From contig CAZKCI010000117.1 of assembly GCA_964551475.1 (NCBI GenBank), positions 471-64,470 of the forward strand: DNA of 64,000 nt. Direction: 5' to 3'. The first letter of the stretch is position 1. Every line of letters starts with the position of its first letter. The notes beneath the pieces were generated by a model that searched no databases, had not been told where the DNA came from, and saw only the letters and a program-made list of their open reading frames with translations. Source of the stretch: an uncultured bacterium (GTDB lineage: Bacteria; Auribacterota; Erginobacteria; Erginobacterales; CAZKCI01). The translations under genes and the position numbers were made by a program. Shown here in pieces: positions 29,201 through 38,694 of the stretch.

Positions 29201-29379
29201 TCCGAAATGTGACGAAGTATTACCTGGGGAATTCAAGCGACTGGCCTCTCCCCGCGGACTACAACGGGGATGGCAAAGACGAACCGGGGATCTTCCGCGC
29301 ATCGACGGGGATGTGGTCGGTGTTGAACCTGACCCGCCTGTATTTCGGCGCCGCCTCCGATCTCACCGTGACGCGATAA
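26266..29379 (+). CDS. Secreted FG-GAP/VCBS repeat protein (about 14 blades, two propellers) plus a six-repeat C-terminal module
   Basis: GGAGGAG RBS. Signal MRSKIKRGAGFVACLLAIMWALPVLG. Fourteen D(V/I/L)D(G/Q/N)DG..E(I/V)(V/L)(V/G)G motifs. The C-terminal 240 aa (28657-29376) hold six DYNGDG...FR...G.WS(V/I)RN repeats, ending ...LTVTR. Confidence 0.85.
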   Translation: MRSKIKRGAGFVACLLAIMWALPVLGGEPEQDAAGKVVRNGWDELYNYRITPGTTARMRLDSNRETIAVEYLPAAPRLSGAAEARILSPPRLPSPAPRACSSPSPLLELEWKKGVFGSGIGKSNICLADVDGDATPEIIVGGCSTIFGADDFWHVVHYDAASNGYQDAWVSDYYPETISRMVIADPDLDGSTEIVLGLGNGSVQIFDASRLELEDAFSTAAGGISELSVFDVDQDGKNEIVVTNGSALYVYDATQHTLEWSNLTGGGKGLAIGNVDADPAVEIVASSSGKQGYVIDGSSRAVTWEYATGFGNIVRTGDIDGDAINEIVGANAWYYVTAFDADSESLKWQIGTSHDIGALRLMDIDGDSATEVLYGDGQGGYIHCLDGRTQAEEWKIANPKHGVTDIGAADVDGDGTTELLWGAGVTSTGEDHLYVSDFSIQSIEWRNEHLDPPFQAFDAGDVDGDGAGEIVMGSYTTNSGSDSGTVLIYDAATHAFEWSSGPLPEAMTWGGLQSIKVADVDQDGAKEYLVGTSDIHSGVILCYRGATRSLMWTSPEYEGVIFCPIAVCDLDGDGQTEVIGGATQESSSAEGASVCVLRGSDGTEEWRSTDLGASWPVLYALRVVDVDNDGHQEIVAGIKNGAIYIFDGVTKALDGQIERADTGGLDACDIDGDGVVEILVGTSGGDLIVYNGISREVKKQSDLGSSSIDAVKVASINSLTYSPLLLLGSGGRLSVIKYSDLSTLWQSPILGETTGYLNNLVCGDIDQDSQCEIVVAGSHALNVYEAPAEKNLNLEQVDFDGDGSSDIALYRGSSGLWSVRNLTRAYFGNSIDRPVPADYNGDGTADIAIFRFSSGLWSVKNISRLYMGGVGDCPIPKDYNGDGSADLGTFRASNGMWAIRNWTRFFFGSTGDTAVPGSYVTSDAINFAIYRGSMGMWSIRNVTKFYFGYTIDRPVPGDYTGLGRWVCSIYRPTSGFWSIRNVTKYYLGNSSDWPLPADYNGDGKDEPGIFRASTGMWSVLNLTRLYFGAASDLTVTR

Positions 29380-29604
29380 TTCGCTTTGTCGGCCCGGACT
29401 GCATCCGGTCGCGTGGGTGATGCAGGCCCGGCCCATCTCCGGGCGGTGGGAGAGGTAGGCCCGGACTGTGTCCGGGCGTGTGGGATTGCAGCGTCGCCCC
29501 GATTTCCAGTACCTGCATACAAGGATCGGGGCCTCGATCTATCGGGACCCCAATCCATCGTGGGTATCGATGCCGTTCTGTCTAAAAACGATGTCGCGAA
29601 CTTG

Positions 29605-29916
29605 ATGTTCCATTTTGGAACATCAAGATGGGGCGGGACGCGGAAATTACCCAGGGTGTTTACCGAACAGGGTGTGGCCATGCTTTCCAGCGTTCTCAGA
29701 AGCCCGCTGGCCATCCGTGTCAACATCGCCATCATGCGGGCTTTCGTACGCCTCCGGGAAGCTTTGATCGTCCACGAGGATCTGGCGGCCAAGCTCGCCG
29801 AACTGGAAAGGAAAATCGAAAGCCACGACGAGGGGATTCGAACCCTGTTTGAAGCCATCCGCCAGCTGATGGCTCCCCCGCCTCCGTCCCGCCGCCGGAT
29901 CGGCTTTCAGCCCTGA
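29605..29916 (+). CDS. Stand-alone C-terminal half of an ORF6N-family (KilA-N-like) protein
   Basis: [52 protein letters not shown]... No N-terminal half lies upstream (REP DNA instead). The start codon region lies within a 12-bp hairpin (29601-29627). Confidence 0.55.
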   Translation: MFHFGTSRWGGTRKLPRVFTEQGVAMLSSVLRSPLAIRVNIAIMRAFVRLREALIVHEDLAAKLAELERKIESHDEGIRTLFEAIRQLMAPPPPSRRRIGFQP

Positions 29917-30528
29917 TGTGCTGTAGCGTCGCCACTCCCGCCTTCGCGCTCCGCGCTGCTGCGGGCAAGCCCGTGGCGACGCCTTATTGTCCAGCGAGAG
30001 CTTCACCGTTCCCGTAGCCGCGGACCTTTGAGTTTAGGTCCGCGGGACAAGCCAAGCCATCAGGCTTCCTTGATTCACCTTCTTGATGTTCCCAAACTAA
30101 TCCTCCCGACGAATGTCGGGACAGCCCTCAGCCTATTCTTATGCCCTTCCTGTCGGAGCGAAGCGGAGATCCAGAACTTGCCAATTTGCCCCCGTCCCTC
30201 CTGCCTTGCATCAGGGTCTGAACCAGGGCAATTTTTGCACAGGTTCAAGCCCTCGTGGGGAAGGTGAGCAGTACGGCAACTACCGTGGATTCCTCGGTAG
30301 TTGCCAGGTTGACACCGTTCTTCCCTTCGGGTCATTGCGAGGAGCGAAGCGACGAAGCAATCTAATCTTCAAAATAATTGAAAAAAATATGCCCATACTT
30401 CTGACTAATGAGTGGCATGATTATCCCTTCTCCCATATACTATTAGATCAGGTTGCGTCGCATGATCCCAAACGCGCCACGCTCTCCCAAGGTCGGACAA
30501 ATCCTCGTCGGCCCGCTTTTCAGCGAGC

Positions 30529-30822
30529 GAATCGTCATGGACTCTGACCGCCTCAAAAAAGCTCCAAAACTCGCCGAGTTGGAAGCGCGCCTTCCGGCGA
30601 ATTCTCTCCACGGAGATAGCGCCCCTGGGGATGCCCCGCGGTCATGCGAAATGTTTTGTTTTCACGGCGGCTCCCTTCATCGTTGTGAGATCGACCATCT
30701 TCTGAGGGACGGTCGTTAAATCTAAAGTGGGACAACTTCATTCCGATCGGACAAGAGTTGTCCCACAGCCCATACTGAATGGAGGACCAGCTTAAGTAAG
30801 GCAATAAGCGGAGGGGGGACGG
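30529..30822 (+). repeat. 294-bp direct repeat, copy A
   Basis: Nearly identical to 32464-32760. It contains an 11-bp-stem hairpin gtgggacaact-N18-agttgtcccac and the palindrome ggaagcgcgccttcc. It ends in GGAGGGGGGACGG. Confidence 0.9.
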
Positions 30823-31046
30823 TCTTAAGAATTTCAAATTCGTGCTGGTGGAGGCGGAACGGTGTCAACTTGTTGAAATTCTTGCTCCGGAAACGATTGA
30901 TACAAGATATAGGATGCAGGGTCGGCGGCACCTTGCAGTATCGGCCTTGCAGCCTTGCAGTATCGGCTTCGCCTTGCAGAGAAAAAATCGCAAATATATT
31001 TGGAATAAAAGACCGACCTCCACGACTAATAGATTGAGGATAAATA

Positions 31047-32178
31047 ATGCTGCGGGTATTTGTCAGTTCGGTCCAGAAAGAGTTGGAGGATGAGCGTTTG
31101 ATCGTCCAGAACCTTTTCAACACCGATCCTTTCCTTTCCGCGCATTGCACGCCGGTGCTCTACGAGTATGAACCTGCCTCCGCCGAACAAGCGAATGTGG
31201 AGTGCTTAACAATTCTTGGGACCTGCCAAGCATATCTCCTGATTATCTGGCGGGAGTACGGTCGTATGGTGGAAGGTATGCCTATGCCTCACCGTGAGTA
31301 TCGTCTGGCCAAAGAGAAAAAGCTGCCGGCCTTAGTGTTTATCCGGGGAGAAAGGGATGTTCAGCGTGAGGAGGGGACCCAAAAACTAATCAACGAGATC
31401 GAGCAGGACAGGTTCAAATACAAGCGTTTTGGAAATGTGATCGATCTTCAGAAGGAAGTACGGGCTGCGCTGGTAAAGCTCTTAAGGGAACGGTTCGGTG
31501 TCGAACCGTCTTCGGATGAAAATCTGGTAGCCAGGCAAAATATCGAAGCTACATCGCCCTTCGAATCTCAGCCCCTGTCCCGCCTTCGCTGGGAAGATTT
31601 GGACCATGGTGTTGCATGTCGTCTTGTTGCTGCGGCAGAGAGACGTGAGGCTGATTCCATCACGGGCGAGAACCTGCTTCGCGCTGCGATCGCCCGAGGT
31701 CTGGCGTGGCGCGAACGCGAATCCGGCACGCATTACGCGACCGCCGCGGGTATTGTTCTCCTCTCGAAAGACCCATCAGCGGTTTTCCCGCAGTGCAGGA
31801 TTCTCGCCGATGCCTACCGGGGTACGGTCCCCGACGGCGACCCGCGCGATCATGAGGATATCCGGGCGCCCATGCCCTTTGCTGTTGAGCGGGCCATAGC
31901 TTTCGTGGATCGAAACACGCGCCATCCCATGCGCGTGGTGGGTATTAACCGTCTTCGCTTAGATGAGTATCCGGCGGAGGCGCTCGAGGATTATTCGGCG
32001 GCTGCTTGAGACCCAGGAGATCTCCGCTTCCCAATGTCAGCGGCAATTCAAGGTTAGCCGGCCGGTAATCACTGCGGATCTTGGCAGGCTGATCGCCCTG
32101 GATATTATTTACAAGACAGGAGCCGGACCAGCGACCCGATATAGGCTGCGGACACAAAGAGAAACTAGCGAATCATAA
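31047..32178 (+). pseudogene. Degraded DUF4062-domain / Schlafen-AlbA2-associated regulator-like gene
   Basis: N-terminus MLRVFVSSVQKELEDERL (DUF4062-like VF(I/V)SS...L..ER). ...LDEYPAEAL resembles the start of the HATPase_c_4 region, but the ORF stops at 32009. The wHTH-like tail (QEISASQCQRQFKVSRPVITADLGRLIALDIIYKTGAGPATRYRL) lies in another frame (31963-32178), which implies an internal deletion or frameshift. Confidence 0.55.
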
Positions 32179-32463
32179 AGTCAAAGGCCACGAATCATTA
32201 AGTGGGGACATAAATGGCATTTGCTTAACCTGTTGATTTGAAGGGGATTACTGCCGAAGTCATATGGGTCTGGAGGCGCGGGATATCAATAACCTAGCAT
32301 CGGGGCCGGATACTCTCAAACGGCGGATACAAGTGGACGGAGGGGGGACGGTGTCAACTTGTCAACTATCTCCGGTCGCTCCGCATACGAGGGATTGAAA
32401 TGAGAGGATAGATGCCGGAGGCGGGGGGCGAACCCGCAACGCCACCGGATAAAAAAATAATCA

Positions 32464-32760
32464 GAATCGTCATGGACTCTGACCGCCTCAAAAAAGCTCC
32501 AAAACTCGCCGAGTTGGAAGCGCGTCTTCCGGCGAATTCTCTTCACGGAGATAGCGCCCCTGGGGATGCCCCGCGGTCATGCGAAATGTTTTGTTCTCAC
32601 GGCGGCTCCCTTCATCGTTGTGAGATCGACCATCTTCTGAGGGACGGTCGTTAAATCTGAAGTGGGACAACTTCATTCCGATCGGACAAGAGTTGTCCCA
32701 CAGCCCATACTGAATGGAGGAGAACCAGCTTAAGTAAGACAATAAGCGGAGGGGGGACGG
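32464..32760 (+). repeat. 294-bp direct repeat, copy B
   Basis: See copy A. The differences are a few substitutions and a 3-bp indel. Confidence 0.9.
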
Positions 32761-32910
32761 AGCGGAGTAGGGACGGTGGCAACTTGTCAACTTGCCGCAC
32801 GAGGGGTAAGGCCGTTTGTGGCCGATTGTCAGTTATTTCGTCTTCTTTTCTATAGGAAAGGGCGAAAAGCCGTATGAAATCCGCCGGGATTATTGAAAAA
32901 GGCTTGAAAC

Positions 32911-33396
32911 ATGTACGTATCGAACGGACATAAACAACCGGCGGTCCTGTGCATCCTGAAGTCGGGTGACCGCTTCTTGCTGTTGGAGCGCAAAAAAGAA
33001 CCCAATAAGGGCAAATACACGCCCGTCGGCGGGAAGATCGATCCCCACGAGAGCCCGTTACATGCGGCCGCCAGGGAGACGTTCGAGGAAACCGGCATCC
33101 GCATCGCGGATCCGAAATACTGTGGTGTGATGGTCGAGAGCTCGCCGACAGACTATAACTGGATCTGCTTCGTATATCTCGCCGAGATCGCGCCTATTGA
33201 TCCCCCTCCCTGCAACGAAGGCAAGCTCGAGTGGATCGATATTTCAGAATTGTTGAATATCCCCACCCCCCAAACCGACTGGCACATATACAAGCATGTG
33301 ATTGAGAATAAGCCTTTCATGCTGAACGTTGAATACGACGAACAGCTGAACATCCTTTCCATGAGGGAAGAGATAGGAAACACATCGCTTATTTAA
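32911..33396 (+). CDS. NUDIX hydrolase
   Basis: Complete Nudix box GKIDPHESPLHAAARETFEETGI (GX5EX7REUXEEXGU). Confidence 0.85.
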   Translation: MYVSNGHKQPAVLCILKSGDRFLLLERKKEPNKGKYTPVGGKIDPHESPLHAAARETFEETGIRIADPKYCGVMVESSPTDYNWICFVYLAEIAPIDPPPCNEGKLEWIDISELLNIPTPQTDWHIYKHVIENKPFMLNVEYDEQLNILSMREEIGNTSLI

Positions 33397-33496
33397 TCGA
33401 GGGGGGGACGGCATGTCAAAACGGGGTTGATCCGACAGGAGAGCAAACTCTATATTCCGTGCCTCGCTCCCCGATTGGGAGTATGATAGAGGAGGC

Positions 33497-35257
33497 ATGA
33501 AAGCGTCGGCGGCTATCGTCATCTGCCTCGCGGCGAACGCGTGCGTCCTCCTCTCCGCGCGGGCGGCCTCACCGGACGACGTTCTCGAAGAGATCCGTTT
33601 CCGGATCGAAGAGAAGGGCTGGCGCTTTCGCGTCGAGCGGAACCGTTTCCTGGAACAATCGCTCGCCCGCGCTGCCCCCGGCTCCCGTTTCGCCGGACCG
33701 ATCCCCGCCCCCTCGGAAGATTTGGGCCCCCTGAAGCGTTTCCTCGGCCGGGTAAGCCTCCCTTCCCGCTTCGACTGGCGGGACCGCGACGGCCACAGCT
33801 ACATCGGCCCCATCCGCGACCAGGAGCGCGAAGTCTGCTCTTCCTGTTACGCCTTCGGCGCCTGCGCCGCCGCCGAGGGGACCTATAACTTCGCCCGCGG
33901 CCTCTTCGACGGGAACTGCGCCGACTTCTCCGAATCCTTCGTGATGTGGTGCCTGGGTGTCTACGGCCCCTACGCCGCGGATATACACGGGTGCGCCTGC
34001 GGGGATGCACTCCGGGCGCTCCAGGCCTTCTGCCGCCAAGGGATCGTCTTCGAATCCTCATTCCCCTATCAGACCGACGATCCCGGCTCCTGCACCCACT
34101 GGAGCGACGAGACCGTCTCCTTCCAGTCCTGGCATTTCCTGCCGGAGAACGACATCGAGGCGATCAAGACTGCGATCATGACCTTCGGCGTGGTCCTGGC
34201 GGGCGTGAGAGAGGACGCGGCCTGGGACGCCTACGCCGGGGGGGTCTACGAGGACGAGGTGGAAGACTGCGTCAACGCCGAGGGAGCGATCGGCCACGCG
34301 GTCTCACTCGTCGGCTGGGACGACGAACCCCCCGAGGGGGGTTCGGGGTGCTGGATCCTCCGCAACCAGTACGGGACGGATTGGGGCGAGGGCGGCTACA
34401 TGCGCATCTCCTATCTCTCGGCGTATGTCTCGTGCCGGGCCGCTTACCTCGTCTACCGCGATCCTCCCCTCGATTATCGCGTGATCGGCGGCGGCAATTA
34501 CAACGGCGACATCTTCGGCCATGTCAACATCGCCGTCTTCCGCCCCGCGACCGGCCTCTGGGCGGTCCGGGGGATCACCCGCTTCTTCTTCGGATCGTCC
34601 GGGGACATCCCCGCCCCGGGAGATTTCGACGGCGACCGGACGACCGACGCCGCCGTCTTCCGCCCCGCCTCCGGCCTCTGGGCGGTCCGGGGGATCACCC
34701 GCGCCTATCTCGGGAGCACGGGAGACATAGCCGTTCCCGCCGATTATGCCGGCGAGGGGACCTGCTCGATCGGCGTCTTTCGCCCCGGCGCGGGGTTCTG
34801 GTCGGTCCGGGATTGGACACGGGCCCACTTCGGGATCATGACCGAGGCCGACTCCGACCTCCCCGTCCCCTTCGATTACGACCAGGACGGCGGGGCCGAG
34901 TTCGGCGTCTTCCGGGGGACGACGGGTCTCTGGGCCTTCTCCGGAGTCACCCGCTTCTATTTTGGGACCAGGGGCGATCAGCCGCAGGTCGGGATCGAGC
35001 AATCGTCGCCGGCCTTCCCCACGGCGGCGGTCTACCGGGCCGGTGAATGGGCGGTCCGGGGCGTCACAAGGTTCTCGCTGGGGTCTCCTGCCTTCGCGCC
35101 GGTGATGATCGCCGACGGCCCGTCCATCCCTCCCGATCCCCGGGTGACCGTCTACACTGTCTTCGATCCCGCGCAGGGTCTCTGGATACAGAAGAACGGC
35201 GGGCGGTTCTTCTTCGGAACGGCGGGGGACGTTCCGGCGACAGGAGCAAAAAAATAG
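33497..35257 (+). CDS. Secreted papain-like (C1) cysteine protease with an FG-GAP-like C-terminal module
   Basis: GGAGG RBS and a signal peptide. Motifs QEREVCSSCYAFGACAAAEG (Cys), IGHAVSLVGWDD (His) and WILRNQYGTDWGEGGYMRI. C-terminal repeats at about 34493-35254. Confidence 0.85.
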   Translation: MKASAAIVICLAANACVLLSARAASPDDVLEEIRFRIEEKGWRFRVERNRFLEQSLARAAPGSRFAGPIPAPSEDLGPLKRFLGRVSLPSRFDWRDRDGHSYIGPIRDQEREVCSSCYAFGACAAAEGTYNFARGLFDGNCADFSESFVMWCLGVYGPYAADIHGCACGDALRALQAFCRQGIVFESSFPYQTDDPGSCTHWSDETVSFQSWHFLPENDIEAIKTAIMTFGVVLAGVREDAAWDAYAGGVYEDEVEDCVNAEGAIGHAVSLVGWDDEPPEGGSGCWILRNQYGTDWGEGGYMRISYLSAYVSCRAAYLVYRDPPLDYRVIGGGNYNGDIFGHVNIAVFRPATGLWAVRGITRFFFGSSGDIPAPGDFDGDRTTDAAVFRPASGLWAVRGITRAYLGSTGDIAVPADYAGEGTCSIGVFRPGAGFWSVRDWTRAHFGIMTEADSDLPVPFDYDQDGGAEFGVFRGTTGLWAFSGVTRFYFGTRGDQPQVGIEQSSPAFPTAAVYRAGEWAVRGVTRFSLGSPAFAPVMIADGPSIPPDPRVTVYTVFDPAQGLWIQKNGGRFFFGTAGDVPATGAKK

Positions 35258-35265
35258 AAGGAGAG

Positions 35266-35319
35266 GTCCCGATAATCATCCCAAGGTGACTATCGGGATC
35301 TCCGCTTTGCTCCGACAGG
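35266..35319 (+). repeat. REP hairpin family GTCCCGATAATCA-N-TGAYTATCGGGATCTCCGCTTYGCTCCGACAGG, copy 1
   Basis: Starts 9 nt after the 35257 stop. Same orientation as the copies at 37428 and 41554. Confidence 0.85.
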
Positions 35320-35461
35320 GAATAGGCTGAGGGCTGAAGACTAAAGGAACCCGGCGGTATTTTCGGAATATATTTCCAAGATCTGCGACATATAGATTGA
35401 GAAGGATGGAACCGCTCGTCCGGAGATTGGCCCGCGGCAGACCGGAAAAGGCTGGTGAGCC

Positions 35462-35644
35462 ATGAACAGTCTCGTTCCATCGGAAAGCATCGAGAAAGCC
35501 ATCCGCCTGGTGCGCGGGCATAAGGTCATGCTCGATTTCGATCTCGCCGTACTCTATGGAGTGACTACCCGCCATCTAAACCGTTGTGTGCGACGAAACG
35601 CGAGACGCTTCCCGCTGGATTTTATGTTTCAACTTGATGCGTAA
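35462..35644 (+). CDS. ORF6N-family protein, N-terminal half (paralog 1)
   Basis: [47 protein letters not shown], then TAA. Confidence 0.7.
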   Translation: MNSLVPSESIEKAIRLVRGHKVMLDFDLAVLYGVTTRHLNRCVRRNARRFPLDFMFQLDA

Positions 35645-35656
35645 GAGGTTGCGCAT

Positions 35657-36001
35657 TTGATGTACCAAAACGGTACATCAAAAACCGGCCGCGGCGGACG
35701 CCGGAAACCGGTTTTAGCGTTCACGCAAGAAGGAGTGGCGATGCTCTCGAGCGTGTTGCACAGTCCGCGCGCGGTCAGGGTGAACATTGAAATCATGCGC
35801 GCATTTGTCCGGCTTCGGTCGTTGCTGGCCCTGCATACCGACCTCGCGAGGCGGCTGGATGAAATAGAGAGCCGCTATGACGGGCAGTTCCGAGTAGTAT
35901 TTGAGGCGCTCCGGGAATTGATGACGCCGCCTGAACCGCCAAGGAGACAGATCGGCTTTAAGGTAAAAGAGAATGGCGCTCGCAAGAGATTGGAAGCTTG
36001 A
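35657..36001 (+). CDS. ORF6N-family protein, C-terminal half (paralog 1), in the same frame as 35462-35644
   Basis: The start is TTG-ATG, 8 nt after GAGG. The translation reads ...[41 protein letters not shown]... Confidence 0.7.
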   Translation: MMYQNGTSKTGRGGRRKPVLAFTQEGVAMLSSVLHSPRAVRVNIEIMRAFVRLRSLLALHTDLARRLDEIESRYDGQFRVVFEALRELMTPPEPPRRQIGFKVKENGARKRLEA

Positions 36002-36058
36002 TATTCCAAAATGGAATATCAAGCGCGGGAAATTATTCGGTAGTGTGTAGCGTCGGCC

Positions 36059-36634
36059 ATGGGAATGACCATCCATTACCGGGGCTGTCTGAAGAACATC
36101 GACCTGATCGGCCAGCTGGTCGACGAGGTCGAGGACATCGCGAAGAGCCTGGGCTGGACGACCCAGCGTCTGGACGGCGATCTCATGCGCGAAAATACCG
36201 CGCGACTTGTCCACACCCCCAAAGGAGCGACAATCACCGGCTATCTTCCCATCCGTGGAGTCTGCCTCGCGCCCGGGAGGGGCTGTGAGGGGATCGATCT
36301 CTTTTTCGACCGCTGGGGCTGGCTGGCCTCCCCTTTGACCATGGCCCTCGCCGATCCCTTGCAGTCCGAATATCCCTATCTCTGGGTGAAGACGCAATTC
36401 GCCGGCCCGGATGTCCACATCGCCATCGTCAAGCTCCTGAAGTACCTCGAGAATAAATACTTCGAGTGCTTCGAGGTCATGGACGAGGGCGACTATTGGC
36501 AGACGGGGAATGCCGTCCTCCTGAAGAAGAAGATGGAGTTCCTGGACGGCAAGATCGAGGAGGTGGGGAAGGCCCTCTCTGCCGCCGCCGCCAGACCTTC
36601 CGCCCGACGCCTCCTCCCATCAACTCGCCGATGA
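36059..36634 (+). CDS. Hypothetical protein
   Basis: 191-aa ORF between the two ORF6N paralogs, with plausible composition and no motif. Confidence 0.5.
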   Translation: MGMTIHYRGCLKNIDLIGQLVDEVEDIAKSLGWTTQRLDGDLMRENTARLVHTPKGATITGYLPIRGVCLAPGRGCEGIDLFFDRWGWLASPLTMALADPLQSEYPYLWVKTQFAGPDVHIAIVKLLKYLENKYFECFEVMDEGDYWQTGNAVLLKKKMEFLDGKIEEVGKALSAAAARPSARRLLPSTRR

Positions 36635-36770
36635 GATCGAACGGATTCTCGGAGAAAGGTTCGAGTGAAATGAACCAGGAAACTTGCCGTGCGAGAGGGA
36701 CGAGCATTTTTGACCGGTTGTCAGGAAATTATAAAAAGGGCCGGTCGACAAATTTGAAGATCGCTACGCT

Positions 36771-36956
36771 ATGAGCAAGGAGCTAATACCGATCGAGAGG
36801 ATCGAGCAGAAAATCTTCCTTTTGCGCGGGCAGAAGGTGATGCTGAGTCCCGATCTGGCGAAGCTCTACGGAATCGAACCCAAAGTCCTCATCCAGGCCG
36901 TTAAAAGAAACGCGGAACGGTTCCCATCAGACTTTATGTTTCAGCTTGCGCCGTAG
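36771..36956 (+). CDS. ORF6N-family protein, N-terminal half (paralog 2)
   Basis: IFLLRGQKVMLSPDLAKLYGIEPKVLIQAVKRNAERFPSDFMFQLAP, then TAG. Confidence 0.7.
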   Translation: MSKELIPIERIEQKIFLLRGQKVMLSPDLAKLYGIEPKVLIQAVKRNAERFPSDFMFQLAP

Positions 36957-36968
36957 GAGGTTGTAATC

Positions 36969-37331
36969 TTGAAGTCACAATTTGTGACTTCAAATTGGGG
37001 TGGCATGCGCAGAGCCAGACCGTACGCTTTCACCGAACAGGGTGTGGCCATGTTGTCGAGCGTGTTGAATAGCCCGCGCGCCATTCAGGTGAACATTACC
37101 ATCATGCGAGCTTTCGTTAAACTTCGCCATATATTGGCCACGCACGCCGACCTGGCGCGAAAACTGGACGAGATGGAGAGCAAATATGACGATCGGTTTC
37201 GCGTCGTTTTTGACGCCTTGCGCCGTTTGATGAATCCGCGATGCCGGCCGCGTAGGCGGATCGGCTTCACTGTGCGCGAGCAACGCGCCTTGTACCGGGC
37301 AGGAACGGCGCACGGGAGACTCGCTCAATAA
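36969..37331 (+). CDS. ORF6N-family protein, C-terminal half (paralog 2), same frame
   Basis: TTG start 8 nt after an AGGAGG that overlaps the TAG. The translation reads [53 protein letters not shown]... Confidence 0.7.
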   Translation: MKSQFVTSNWGGMRRARPYAFTEQGVAMLSSVLNSPRAIQVNITIMRAFVKLRHILATHADLARKLDEMESKYDDRFRVVFDALRRLMNPRCRPRRRIGFTVREQRALYRAGTAHGRLAQ

Positions 37332-37427
37332 TCCTTTGCCAGGGCTCCGACCTTTGTCCCGATTGCTGAGGACGAGGCGAGAAAAAGGAGGAGGGGGGAC
37401 GGTGTGAAATTGTTAAGTTCAGGAAGG

Positions 37428-37481
37428 GTCCCGATAATCACATCAAGGTGATTATCAGGATCTTCGCTTCGCTCTGACAGG
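37428..37481 (+). repeat. REP hairpin family GTCCCGATAATCAC..., copy 2
   Basis: gtcccgataatcacatcaaggtgattatcaggatcttcgcttcgctctgacagg. Confidence 0.85.
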
Positions 37482-37612
37482 CGAGAAGGGGGAATCACAA
37501 ATCACAATATACAAACCGGCAATGGCCGGCGGAAAAGCACGAAAAACAGGAGCATAGCGCGCCCGGATGCAGTCCGGGCTGACAAGGCGAAGGAATCATA
37601 GGGGAGGCGGAT

Positions 37613-38071
37613 ATGTATGCGGATTTGCTAAAAGAGATTTACTTCAGGGAGAGGCAGAAATTGGAGGGGATGAGGATCTGCCAGCAGGAAGCGAAGATGC
37701 GCATGCTCCGCTTGCTCGGCGAGGTGACCGACCAGGTGCAAGGAGTCCTCACCCTGGGGGAGATCGAGGGCCGAAACGACATTCACGAAGTCGTCAAAGA
37801 ACAGTTGCTGAGGATACAGGAAAACGCCAATCAGATCGAGGAACGCCTGGAGACAATTGCCGACGAGGAGCGGGAGGTTCTTGCCAAGGCGGTGGAGGTC
37901 GAGGCGAAAAATATCGACTACTCGCCATCCGAATATGCCGATTATCTCTATCAGTTGGAAAAAGTTTACGCCCTGGAGACGGCGCTCACGGAAGAGAAGC
38001 TGTTTCCCGAGGCCGTATATGCCGAGATGTCGGAACGGGAACGCCCTCAAACCGGCGAGAAAGCTGAATGA
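37613..38071 (+). CDS. Hypothetical coiled-coil protein
   Basis: GGAGG RBS. 152 aa, E/L/K-rich with heptad-like character. Confidence 0.5.
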   Translation: MYADLLKEIYFRERQKLEGMRICQQEAKMRMLRLLGEVTDQVQGVLTLGEIEGRNDIHEVVKEQLLRIQENANQIEERLETIADEEREVLAKAVEVEAKNIDYSPSEYADYLYQLEKVYALETALTEEKLFPEAVYAEMSERERPQTGEKAE

Positions 38072-38319
38072 GGGGAAACTAATAAGTCAGAAGTAAGAAG
38101 TAAGAAAAATGCCGATCAGGCAGAAGTAAGAAGGCAGAAGCAAGAAGTAAGAAGACAACCGATCGGGCAGAAGGCAGAAGTAAAAAGACGCACAAGATCG
38201 GCATACCGCAACTCACAAAGAACAAATCGCAAGCAAAATACAAAACAAACAATATGCAAACAAGCAGAGGCCGGCGGAGAAGAAGGATCTCCGCTCCGAC
38301 AGGAGAGACAGAAAATAAT

Positions 38320-38679
38320 ATGGAATCGCAGGGAAAAAGCCGCTGGCTCGCCATCGTATCGACAATTTCCTGGGTTTGGGGCGCGATCTTGGCCTTGATT
38401 TCGATCTCTCTTTTCGTCCCCATGCTGGCCGGAAGTATTCCCGCTACGGGTCCGGACCTTGTTTTCGCTCTAACGCCATTGCTCCTCGCCGTTTTTGCGG
38501 GGGTTAACGGCATAGGCCTTCGACGCCAACGAAAACCATATTATGTGATCGCTATCGTTACGACCCTCGCAACGATTGTTCTCCTCTATTTCTTAAGGGT
38601 GGGCTTAAGCCTACCAGGGATTTTCTTGAATATATGCATTTTGGGAGTCGTTTTGGCCAATACCAAGCGGTTTTCATAG
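38320..38679 (+). CDS. Small integral membrane protein (about 4 TM)
   Basis: WLAIVSTISWVWGAILALISISLFV..., LVFALTPLLLAVFAGV..., YVIAIVTTLATIVLLYFL..., IFLNICILGVVL. Confidence 0.55.
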   Translation: MESQGKSRWLAIVSTISWVWGAILALISISLFVPMLAGSIPATGPDLVFALTPLLLAVFAGVNGIGLRRQRKPYYVIAIVTTLATIVLLYFLRVGLSLPGIFLNICILGVVLANTKRFS

Positions 38680-38694
38680 AACTCGAGGAAAAAT

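Noticed and set aside
30405-30837. Minus-strand ORFs within the 294-bp repeat (MERIRRKARFQLGEFWSFFE..., MKFLRPSPLRL...), considered as possible XRE-like or toxin-antitoxin genes
   Set aside because: The frames are broken after 18-30 codons inside the conserved part, and the ORFs extend into non-repeated flanks differently in the two copies. The similarity to an HTH is too weak to support a call.
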